The position numbers and the translations under genes are program-made. Positions 17,257 to 26,510 of a stretch of 64,000 nt of DNA are shown one piece after another. Every line of letters begins with the position of its first letter. Position 1 is the first letter of the stretch. Origin of the DNA: Proteobacteria bacterium ST_bin13. GTDB taxonomy: Bacteria > Pseudomonadota > Alphaproteobacteria > Sphingomonadales > Sphingomonadaceae. The notes below the pieces were generated by a model. That model was not told where the DNA came from and did no database searches. It was given only the letters and a program-made list of their open reading frames with translations. Location: positions 10,769 through 74,768 of the forward strand of contig MSXQ01000013.1 of NCBI GenBank assembly GCA_002083645.1. The letters are read 5' to 3'.

Positions 17257-18345
17257 GTGAAAAAGCGCATCTATCTGGATCATGCCGCAACCACGCCGAT
17301 GCGCCCCGAAGCCATCGCGGCGGTGGCCGAAGGAATGGCGCGATGGGCCAACCCGTCGAGCCCGCATGCTGAAGGGCGGGCGGCGCGAGCGGCGCTGGAG
17401 GGCGCGCGGGCGCGGATCAAGGCGGCACTTGGTTGGACCGGCGAGCTGATCTTCACGAGCGGCGCGAGCGAGGCGCTGTGGATTGCGCTCAACCGGGCCA
17501 AGGTCGAGCGGCGGATCGTGAGCGCGGTGGAGCATGACGCCGTGTTTCGGGCAGCGCCGGGGGCGGATATCTTGCCAGTGCTGGGTTGCGATGCAGATGC
17601 TGCGGGCGAACCCGATAGCGACTATCTGGCCGCTTTTCTCGCTAAGCCCGGCAAGGCTTTGGTCGCCATACAGGCAATCAATTCAGAGACCGGCACTGGC
17701 CTGATCCCTTATGGCAGGCCGCCAGCGATTGATCTGGTTCGCTCTAATGGCGGTATTTTCCTCAGTGATTGCTCGCAATTAGCCGGCAAGGGAACTTTGC
17801 CCAACGCCGATATGATTGTGGTGTCCGCGCACAAGCTTGGCGGTCCGCCGGGTGTCGGGGCGCTGCTGGTCCGCGATCTGGCGATGCTTGAGCCAGTCGG
17901 CGGGCATGAGTTTGGCTATCGTCAAGGCACGGAGAATTTGCCTGGTATCCTCGGTTTTGCGGCGGCGCTTGAGGCGGGATCGGTTGAAGATTGGCCGACC
18001 AGCGTCGAGCAGCGCCTTGATTTCAAGAATGCGATTTGGCGGGCGGGCGAGATCGTCTGTCCGGGTGTGCAGTGCTCGCACATCTATGCCATCGCCATGC
18101 CCCACCTATCCGCCGCCGCGCAGTTGATCCGCTTCGATGCGATGGGCTTTGCGGTGTCGGCGGGCAGCGCCTGTTCGTCGGGGACGCTGAAACGCAGCCG
18201 GGCCTTGGCGGCTTTTGGGGTGGATGAGGATACGGCCAGCCGCACAATCCGGGTGAGCTTTGGGTGGAATACGACGCCGGAGGAGATCGACGCCTTTCGC
18301 GAGGCGTGGCTTGAAGTCGCGCATGACGCGGCGAAGCGGGCATGA
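17257..18345 (+). CDS. Cysteine desulfurase family protein (class V aminotransferase, NifS-like) 1
   Basis: YLDHAATTP, SAHKLGGPPG (PLP Lys) and SAGSACSSG (catalytic Cys). GTG start at 17257. Confidence 0.85.
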   Translation: MKKRIYLDHAATTPMRPEAIAAVAEGMARWANPSSPHAEGRAARAALEGARARIKAALGWTGELIFTSGASEALWIALNRAKVERRIVSAVEHDAVFRAAPGADILPVLGCDADAAGEPDSDYLAAFLAKPGKALVAIQAINSETGTGLIPYGRPPAIDLVRSNGGIFLSDCSQLAGKGTLPNADMIVVSAHKLGGPPGVGALLVRDLAMLEPVGGHEFGYRQGTENLPGILGFAAALEAGSVEDWPTSVEQRLDFKNAIWRAGEIVCPGVQCSHIYAIAMPHLSAAAQLIRFDAMGFAVSAGSACSSGTLKRSRALAAFGVDEDTASRTIRVSFGWNTTPEEIDAFREAWLEVAHDAAKRA

Positions 18346-19433
18346 TCTATCTCGATTATCAGGCGACGACGCCGCTTGCGCCTGAAGCGCTTGAGGCGAT
18401 GTTGCCGTGGCTCCGTGATCAGCATTCCAATCCGCACTCGTCGCACGCACCGGGTCGCGCGGCCAAGGCGGCGGTGGAGGTGGCGCGCGATCGGGTGGCG
18501 GCGCTGCTGCCCGCCGGGGGATCGCTGGCCTTCACCAGCGGCGCGACCGAGGCGCTTAATTGGGCGATCAAGGGGACTGTCGGCTCGATCGTGACGATTG
18601 CGACCGAACATGCAGCGGTGCTCGATACGGTTGAGGCACTGCGGCGGCAGGGGCGGACGGTCACCGTCCTCCCGGTCGGCAGCGACGGGCTGGTCGATCT
18701 GGCGGCGGCAGAGCAAGCGATTGGGCCGGGGACCGGGCTGGTCGCGGTGATGCTCGTCAATAACGAGATTGGTGTGATCCAGCCGATCGCCGAGCTGGCG
18801 GCGCTGGCACATCAGGTCGGTGCGCTGATGCTGTGCGATGCGGTGCAGGGCTATGGCCGGGTGCCGATCCCGGACGGGTGCGATATGGTCGCGGTGTCAG
18901 CGCACAAAATCCACGGCCCCAAGGGCATCGGCGCGCTGTGGGTGCGCGACGGCGTCACGCTCGCACAGCTGATGCATGGCGGCGGGCAGGAAGCGCTCGG
19001 CCGATCGGGCACCCTGTCGCCCGCGCTCTGTGCCGGTTTTGGGGTCGCCGCCCAGCTGATGGCCGAGCGGGCCGATAGCGATCGCGCGCATGTCGAGCGG
19101 CTGTTTGGCATGGCGCGGCAGCAGTTCGGGCCAGGTTGGACGATCAACGGATCGACCACGCATCGCTACTTCGGCAATCTCAATCTCCAGCGCGAGGGGC
19201 TCGACGTCGCGCGGCTGATGTCCGATCTGCGCGATATCGCCTTTTCTGCCGGATCGGCCTGTGCCAGTGGATCGGGGCGGTCGAGCCATGTCTTGCGCGC
19301 AATTGGCCTGAACGAGGCGCAGGCGCGTTCCAGCATCAGGATCGGATTTGGCCGCTATACGACCGAGGAGGAATTGGTGACCGCGATCGACCGCATCATG
19401 GCAGCCGCCGCCACCCAGCAGGTGACCCCGTGA
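18342..19433 (+). CDS. Cysteine desulfurase (NifS/IscS-like) 2
   Basis: YLDYQATTP, SAHKIHGPKG and SAGSACASGS. ATGA overlap upstream. Confidence 0.85.
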   Translation: MIYLDYQATTPLAPEALEAMLPWLRDQHSNPHSSHAPGRAAKAAVEVARDRVAALLPAGGSLAFTSGATEALNWAIKGTVGSIVTIATEHAAVLDTVEALRRQGRTVTVLPVGSDGLVDLAAAEQAIGPGTGLVAVMLVNNEIGVIQPIAELAALAHQVGALMLCDAVQGYGRVPIPDGCDMVAVSAHKIHGPKGIGALWVRDGVTLAQLMHGGGQEALGRSGTLSPALCAGFGVAAQLMAERADSDRAHVERLFGMARQQFGPGWTINGSTTHRYFGNLNLQREGLDVARLMSDLRDIAFSAGSACASGSGRSSHVLRAIGLNEAQARSSIRIGFGRYTTEEELVTAIDRIMAAAATQQVTP

Positions 19434-19762
19434 TCCGCGTCCGCTTCATTGCCACCGATGGCAGCGTGCGCGAGGTGGAGGCCAATCCCGGCGACCGGCT
19501 GCTCGATGTCGCGCAGGCCGATGGCCAGCCGCTGGAGGGCACGTGCGAGGGGCAGATGGCGTGCTCGACCTGCCATGTCATCGTCGATGCCGATGATTTC
19601 GCGAAATTGAAGCCGGCGCGCGAGGAGGAAGAGGATATGCTCGACCTTGCCATGGGCGCGACGCGGAATAGTCGGCTCGCCTGCCAGATCTGGCTTGACG
19701 GCGCCTGGGAGAGCCTGACGGTGAAAATGCCGCGCGAGACACGGAACATGCAGGGCCGCTGA
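19430..19762 (+). CDS. [2Fe-2S] ferredoxin, adrenodoxin type
   Basis: CEGQMACSTCHV ... RLACQ cysteine pattern. GTGA overlap with the upstream gene. Confidence 0.85.
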   Translation: MIRVRFIATDGSVREVEANPGDRLLDVAQADGQPLEGTCEGQMACSTCHVIVDADDFAKLKPAREEEEDMLDLAMGATRNSRLACQIWLDGAWESLTVKMPRETRNMQGR

Positions 19763-19807
19763 TCATTCCGCCTTCAGTGCCTTTCGCACGCGAAGGAGTT
19801 CTTGCTC

Positions 19808-20080
19808 ATGAAAATCACCGCGCTTATTTCGGCGGGGCTTGTCGGGCTCGCGGCCATGCTCGGTCCACAGATCGCCAGCGCCCAGCAGATTCAGCCGCGC
19901 GAAGAGGTTCGCCGACAGCAGATGGGGAATACGGAACGGCGCGTCGTCGTCACCCAGCGATCACATACCGTTCGTCGCGGCAATGGCTGGAGCCATTATC
20001 GCAATCGGCGGGTCTGCCGCGTCACCTATCGCAACCACCATCGCATCCGCCGCTGCCGGACGATTCGCGTCCGTTACTAG
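19808..20080 (+). CDS. Small secreted, extremely Arg-rich protein (hypothetical)
   Basis: AAGGAG SD lies 9 nt before the ATG. Signal peptide MKITALISAGLVGLAAMLGPQIASA. Mature part of about 65 aa is very basic and has two Cys (CRVTYRNHHRIRRC). Confidence 0.6.
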   Translation: MKITALISAGLVGLAAMLGPQIASAQQIQPREEVRRQQMGNTERRVVVTQRSHTVRRGNGWSHYRNRRVCRVTYRNHHRIRRCRTIRVRY

Positions 20081-20112
20081 GCCTTGATCCGCCCGCCTTA
20101 CTCCCCCATATG

Positions 20113-20215
20113 CGCCGCGGGAGTCGGGCGGGCGTAGCCGTCGCCAACCTGGTCAGGGCCGGAAGGCAGCAGCCACAACGATTTCGCTGCGGGTCGTCCC
20201 GGCTCCCACCGCGCA
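20113..20215 (+). ncRNA. ffs: Signal recognition particle RNA (4.5S, small bacterial SRP RNA)
   Basis: Conserved domain IV motif CUGGUCAGGGCCGGAAGGCAGCAGCCA with a GGAA tetraloop. 5' GGGAGUCGGG pairs with 3' CCCGGCUCCC. The position upstream of dnaX is typical. Ends are approximate. Confidence 0.8.
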
Positions 20216-20225
20216 GACAGCGAGA

Positions 20226-20338
20226 GAGCGGCAATGCCGCTCCACGCTGTCAAGCGCGGCCGGCGGGGCAAGGCCCCGTCCGACGAGTTCCAGGTGCAGG
20301 ATGCCCCGCATCCTGCAGATCATGCTGGGGGCATGATC
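20226..20338 (+). repeat. Run of four short perfect stem-loops between ffs and dnaX
   Basis: GAGCGGC-aat-GCCGCTC (20226-42), GGCGGGGC-aag-GCCCCGTC (20262-80), GCAGGATGC-ccc-GCATCCTGC (20296-316), GATCATGC-tgggg-GCATGATC (20318-38). Confidence 0.7.
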
Positions 20339-20427
20339 GACCAGGAACTGGCTTTACCGGGTCGCTGCCCCAACACAAAACTAACCGCCACACCCCTTCG
20401 ACATCCGCGCCGCCTGCCCCTAGATAG

Positions 20428-22107
<1,680 letters not shown>

Positions 22108-22117
22108 GGAACGGGCG

Positions 22118-22441
22118 ATGAAGGGTATCGAAGACATGCTGGCCATGGCGCAAAATGTGCAGGCCGAGCTGGCAAAGGCGCAGGCCAATCTCGACAATAT
22201 CGAGGTAGAAGGCGTGGCGGGCGGCGGGCTCGTCAAGGTCAAGGCATCGGCCAAGGGGCGGATCATCGGCGTGTCGATCGACGATTCTTTGTTCCAGCCC
22301 GGCGAGAAACAGATGCTGGAGGATTTGATCGCGGCGGCGCTCAACGATGCGCGGGCGAAGGCGGATTCGGCATCAAACGCCGAAATGTCGAAGATGACGA
22401 GTGGATTGCCATTGCCGCCGGGATTCAAGCTGCCGTTCTAA
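22118..22441 (+). CDS. ybaB: Nucleoid-associated protein YbaB/EbfC
   Basis: 107 aa immediately after dnaX, with a typical GGGLVKVKASAKGRIIGVSID core. Confidence 0.9.
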   Translation: MKGIEDMLAMAQNVQAELAKAQANLDNIEVEGVAGGGLVKVKASAKGRIIGVSIDDSLFQPGEKQMLEDLIAAALNDARAKADSASNAEMSKMTSGLPLPPGFKLPF

Positions 22442-22519
22442 GGGGCGCTCTCGGTTCAACCTTCGATACAGATGTTTCTGGATTTAGGGCGTGGTGACGT
22501 TAGGTCGCTTCAACCGCAT

Positions 22520-22604
22520 CCCCGTTCGGCCCCGGATCAGTTCCGGGGGAAGTCGAAGCCCACACGCTCCGCATGCCCTTCGACTTCGCTCAGGGCGAAC
22601 GGGG
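22520..22604. repeat. Nested palindromic REP-like element between convergent ybaB and mtgA
   Basis: Outer pair CCCCGTTCG/CGAACGGGG encloses CCCCGGA-tcagt-TCCGGGG and GAAGTCGAAG ... CTTCGACTTC. Confidence 0.75.
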
Positions 22605-22642
22605 TTTGGGTTGGTCCAATCCAAAGTCATCAAACTCTAAAT

Positions 22643-23353
22643 TTAACGCAGGCAGCTATCCAGCCCGCCATTGCGCACCACGCCGACGCGCCGCGTTATT
22701 GAATTACCGTGGCGCCGGGTGAACCCAGTCGGCGCAATCGCCGCGCGCTTTTTGGGGAGTGGCAGAACCGCCGCAATCCGGCCGGCCTCGGACGGTGACA
22801 GGCGTGACGCATCATGCCCGAAATAGCGCTTCGATGCGGCATTGACGCCATAGGTGCCAATGCCGGTTTCGGCGATGTTCAGATACACCTCCATGATCCG
22901 CCGCTTGCCCCAGATATTCTCGATCAGCACCGTGAAATAGGCTTCAAACGCCTTGCGGACATAGCCGCCGCCCTGAAACAGAAAGGCGTTTTTGGCGGTC
23001 TGCTGGCTGATCGTCGAGCCGCCGCGCAGGCGCTTCCCGCGCGCATTTTTAGCGATCGCCTGCTCAATTGCGCTGAAATCAAAGCCGTGATGTTCGCAAA
23101 AGCGCCCATCCTCACCGGCAATGGCAGCGCGGGCCATATCGGGATCGATGGTCGATAACGGCATCCAGCTTTTCGAGATGCGGTGGCCGCCCAGCGCGTC
23201 GCCGATCATCGTGAAGGTAATCGGTGGGGCGATAAAGCGGTAGATCACCACCCACAGGATGGAGACCAGAAGGAAGCCCAGCACAATTCTGGCAGAGATG
23301 GAAAAAACCCGGCGGATCATCGATCCACCGGGTCGCATGCGGGCGGGCTGCAA
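22643..23353 (-). CDS. mtgA: Monofunctional biosynthetic peptidoglycan transglycosylase
   Basis: GEDGRFCEHHGFD and GGSTISQQTAKN (GT51 motifs), N-terminal TM anchor. Start is ambiguous (Met codons at 23353, 23338, 23320). Confidence 0.9.
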   Translation of the reverse strand: MQPARMRPGGSMIRRVFSISARIVLGFLLVSILWVVIYRFIAPPITFTMIGDALGGHRISKSWMPLSTIDPDMARAAIAGEDGRFCEHHGFDFSAIEQAIAKNARGKRLRGGSTISQQTAKNAFLFQGGGYVRKAFEAYFTVLIENIWGKRRIMEVYLNIAETGIGTYGVNAASKRYFGHDASRLSPSEAGRIAAVLPLPKKRAAIAPTGFTRRHGNSITRRVGVVRNGGLDSCLR

Positions 23354-23384
23354 TCAAGCCCGAAGAGCGTGGTCGCGTACCGGA

Positions 23385-24290
23385 TCAGTACGCTGCCAGC
23401 ATCCGTTTTTCACCCGCCAGCCGCATCATTGCCTTTTGCAGCTTTTCAAAGGCGCGGACCTCGATCTGGCGGACGCGTTCGCGGCTGACGCCATAGACCT
23501 GGCTCAGTTCTTCCAGCGTCTTAGGATCATCGGTCAGCCGGCGCTCGGTCAGGATATGTTTTTCGCGCTCGTTAAGATCGTCCATGGCAGAAACGAGCAT
23601 GGTATGCCGGACATCGGCTTCCTGTGCCTCGGCGACCACCGCATCCTGCAGCGGGGCATCGTCAGCGAGCCAATCCTGCCACTGGCCCTCGCCATCCTCG
23701 CGCATCGGTACGTTGAGCGAGGTATCCCCGCCCATCGCCATGCGGCGGTTCATGCTCGTCACCTCTTCTTCGGTGACGCCCAGGTCCTTGGCGATCTTGG
23801 CGAGATCTTCGGGCTTCAGATCGCCATCCTCGAACGCGTCGAGTTTGGCCTTCATCCGGCGCAGATTGAAGAACAGCTTCTTCTGCGCCGCCGTGGTGCC
23901 CATCTTGACCAGCGACCAGCTGCGCAAAATGAATTCCTGGATCGATGCGCGGATCCACCACATTGCATAGGTGGCAAGCCGGAAGCCGCGATCAGCCTCA
24001 AACTTCTTCACGCCCTGCATCAGGCCGATATTGCCCTCGGAAATCAACTCGCTGACCGGCAGGCCATAGCCGCGATAGCCCATCGCGATCTTCGCCACGA
24101 GGCGCAGATGCGACGTGACGAGCTGCGCCGCCGCATCGGTATCGCCATGCTCCTCAAAGCGCTTGGCGAGCATATATTCCTGCTCGGGCGCCAGGATGGG
24201 GAATTTCTTGATCTCCGCGAGATAGCGATTGAGACTCGCCTCGCCGCCGAGGGCGGGAATCGTCGCTGGGACGTTGCTGCCGCTTGCCAT
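23385..24290 (-). CDS. rpoH: RNA polymerase sigma-32 (heat-shock sigma factor)
   Basis: RpoH box [14 protein letters not shown] plus sigma-70 regions 2-4. ATG at 24290 lies 9 nt after GGGAG; the track start at 24296 is TTG. Confidence 0.9.
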   Translation of the reverse strand: MASGSNVPATIPALGGEASLNRYLAEIKKFPILAPEQEYMLAKRFEEHGDTDAAAQLVTSHLRLVAKIAMGYRGYGLPVSELISEGNIGLMQGVKKFEADRGFRLATYAMWWIRASIQEFILRSWSLVKMGTTAAQKKLFFNLRRMKAKLDAFEDGDLKPEDLAKIAKDLGVTEEEVTSMNRRMAMGGDTSLNVPMREDGEGQWQDWLADDAPLQDAVVAEAQEADVRHTMLVSAMDDLNEREKHILTERRLTDDPKTLEELSQVYGVSRERVRQIEVRAFEKLQKAMMRLAGEKRMLAAY

Positions 24291-24342
24291 GATCAAATCT
24301 CCCTTATCCGTGCGCTCAAAGTACCGTGGACCGAAAAGCGCA

Positions 24343-25299
24343 TCAACCTAGACCAATGAGTGTACCCAAGAGTGCCTGCATGTCGGCAGGTATTTCGCTT
24401 TCAAACGCCAAAGCGTTACTTTTAACCGGATGAATGAATCCCAAACGAGCGGCGTGCAGTGCCTGTCGCTTAAAGGCGAGCTCGTCCAACAACGCGCGGT
24501 GCGCCGCTTTTGTTCGGCCATAGACAGGATCACCGAGCAGGGCGTGGCCGATCGATGCCATGTGCACACGCACCTGATGGGTACGGCCCGTTTCCAGCCG
24601 ACATTCAACCAGCGCCGCTTCGCGCAAGGGGCGGATCATCCGATAATGGGTGATCGCATGCTTGCCACCACTGACGATCGCGATTTTCTTGCGGTTCGAA
24701 GCCGATCGGGCGAGCGGCGCATCGACGGTGCCTTCGGACGGATTGGGGCGGCCAGCGACAATCGCCAGATACCGCCGATCAATCGAATGCGCGGCGAACT
24801 GCGCGGCAAGCCCAAGATGGGCTGCATCGGATTTGGCGGCGACCATCAGGCCGGAGGTATCCTTGTCGATCCGGTGGACGATGCCCGGCCGCGCGACGCC
24901 GCCAATGCCGGACAATTGCCCGGCGCAATGGTGCAGCAGCGCGTTGACCAGGGTGCCATCAAGATTGCCCGCTGCCGGATGGACCACCAGCCCGGCCTGT
25001 TTGTCGATGACGATGAGATGCTCGTCTTCATAAACGATATTGAGCGCGATATCCTGCGCGGCGTTGTCGAGCGGGACAGGGGCGGGCAGGGTCACATTGA
25101 ACAGCTGACCACCAACCGCCTTGCGCGATGGATCGCGGGCTTGCAGTCCCGCTTCGTCAGCAACATTGCCAGCGGTGATCAGTGCCTTTAATCGCTCGCG
25201 GGAAAGCATCGGCGCGGCGTCGGCAAGCGCGCGGTCGAGGCGAAGCCCATCGGCGATGCCTGCAATCCGCACTTGAATGATTTCTGCCCCCCGGTCCAT
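24343..25299 (-). CDS. rluD: RluA-family 23S rRNA pseudouridine synthase (RluD-like)
   Basis: S4 domain (RLDRALADA...) and catalytic HRIDKDTSG motif. Start MDRGAEII at 25299; the long track extension to 25605 is rejected. Confidence 0.85.
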   Translation of the reverse strand: MDRGAEIIQVRIAGIADGLRLDRALADAAPMLSRERLKALITAGNVADEAGLQARDPSRKAVGGQLFNVTLPAPVPLDNAAQDIALNIVYEDEHLIVIDKQAGLVVHPAAGNLDGTLVNALLHHCAGQLSGIGGVARPGIVHRIDKDTSGLMVAAKSDAAHLGLAAQFAAHSIDRRYLAIVAGRPNPSEGTVDAPLARSASNRKKIAIVSGGKHAITHYRMIRPLREAALVECRLETGRTHQVRVHMASIGHALLGDPVYGRTKAAHRALLDELAFKRQALHAARLGFIHPVKSNALAFESEIPADMQALLGTLIGLG

Positions 25300-25310
25300 G
25301 TCTGCCGGAT

Positions 25311-25748
25311 ATGGAAAGCGGCGTTGGAATTTCAAGAAGCGTGCTGGATCGATTGCTGACAGAGGCAGCGCAATCGCCGTCCGTGGAGATTTGCGGGCTG
25401 CTGTTTGGCGATGACACGGCGATATCAGCAGCGATAGCTTGCCGAAATGTGGCGGCAGATCCGTCGATTGCGTTTGAGATCGATCCGGCGGCGCTGTTTG
25501 CCGCCCACAAGGCGATGCGCGCAGGTGGGCCAAAGGTGATCGGCCATTATCATTCGCATCCAACCGGCCTTGCCGCGCCCTCAGCGATCGACGCAGCGGC
25601 GGCAATTGGTGGCGAATTGTGGCTCATCATTGCTGGCGGGGAAGCGACGCTGTGGCGGGCCAAGCGCGATGGGGCAGCGCTGGAACGCTTTGATCGCGTG
25701 CCCGTTAGCCTTACTGCGCCTTGCGCCGCTGCCATCGCTTCGCCATGA
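25311..25748 (+). CDS. Mov34/MPN/JAB-domain metalloprotein
   Basis: EICGLLFG and JAMM motif HYHSHPTGLAAPSAID. Confidence 0.8.
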   Translation: MESGVGISRSVLDRLLTEAAQSPSVEICGLLFGDDTAISAAIACRNVAADPSIAFEIDPAALFAAHKAMRAGGPKVIGHYHSHPTGLAAPSAIDAAAAIGGELWLIIAGGEATLWRAKRDGAALERFDRVPVSLTAPCAAAIASP

Positions 25749-25804
25749 GAGGCGGCATCGCCACGTTTACCAACAAATTCTCGCCGTCTGGAGCCCCATT
25801 TTCA

Positions 25805-26449
25805 ATGACGATCAGCCCGGTCGATTTCGCCAGCCTGTTATGCTCGCGCTTGTGCCATGATCTGCTGAGCCCGGTTGGCGCGCTCAACAATGGGCTGGAG
25901 CTGCTTGCCGACGAGCATGACCCGGAAATGCGCAATCGCTGTCTTGAACTGCTCAGTGAGAGCGCCCGCGCATCAGCCAACAAGCTGAAATTCTTCCGGC
26001 TCGCTTTCGGGGCAGCAGGTGGCTTTGGCGAAACGGTCGACTCGCGGGAAGCGCGGGCCGCGATTGAAGGGCTGTTTGGTGACAACCACCGCGTTTCGCT
26101 TGGCTGGATGGTCGAGGATGCAGTGCTGCCCAAGCCAGCGATCAAGGTATTGCTCAATCTGGCGTTGATCGCCGGCGATGCGCTGATTCGCGGCGGCCAG
26201 CTGGATATTGGCGCTGAAGTCGTCGACGGGATGGTCGAAATCGTCGTCCGTGGCGATGGTCCCCGCATCGTGCTAGACAGCGAATTGCGCACTGCCTTGC
26301 TTGGGGCGAACCCCGATACGGTCATCACGCCGCGGGCAGCAGCGGCCTATCTCGTCCAGGCGCTGGTGGCTGAAGGCGGCGGAGAAGTGAAGATTTCTGA
26401 TCCCGATGCGCCCGTATTGCTGTTTGGTGCAGCTTTTCGCGCGCGGTAA
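25805..26449 (+). CDS. chpT: Histidine phosphotransferase ChpT
   Basis: LCSRLCHDLLSPVGALNNGLELL (phospho-His helix), about 214 aa, ATG at 25805. Confidence 0.8.
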   Translation: MTISPVDFASLLCSRLCHDLLSPVGALNNGLELLADEHDPEMRNRCLELLSESARASANKLKFFRLAFGAAGGFGETVDSREARAAIEGLFGDNHRVSLGWMVEDAVLPKPAIKVLLNLALIAGDALIRGGQLDIGAEVVDGMVEIVVRGDGPRIVLDSELRTALLGANPDTVITPRAAAAYLVQALVAEGGGEVKISDPDAPVLLFGAAFRAR

Positions 26450-26510
26450 ACTGCAAATTAACTGCTCATCGTCATGAGTTACCCCGCCGGTAGAGGCATA
26501 TCGGGGGCCC

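Noticed and set aside
25299-25311. Back-to-back start codons of rluD and the JAB gene only 11 bp apart as a possible shared regulatory site
   Set aside because: This is probably just a compact divergent pair or a slightly mis-set start (a GTG a few codons downstream in the JAB gene is possible). There is no palindrome or motif to support a specific site.
25300-25605. 102-aa N-terminal extension of the rluD ORF
   Set aside because: It would overlap the divergent JAB-domain gene. The S4-domain protein begins naturally at MDRGAEII (25299).
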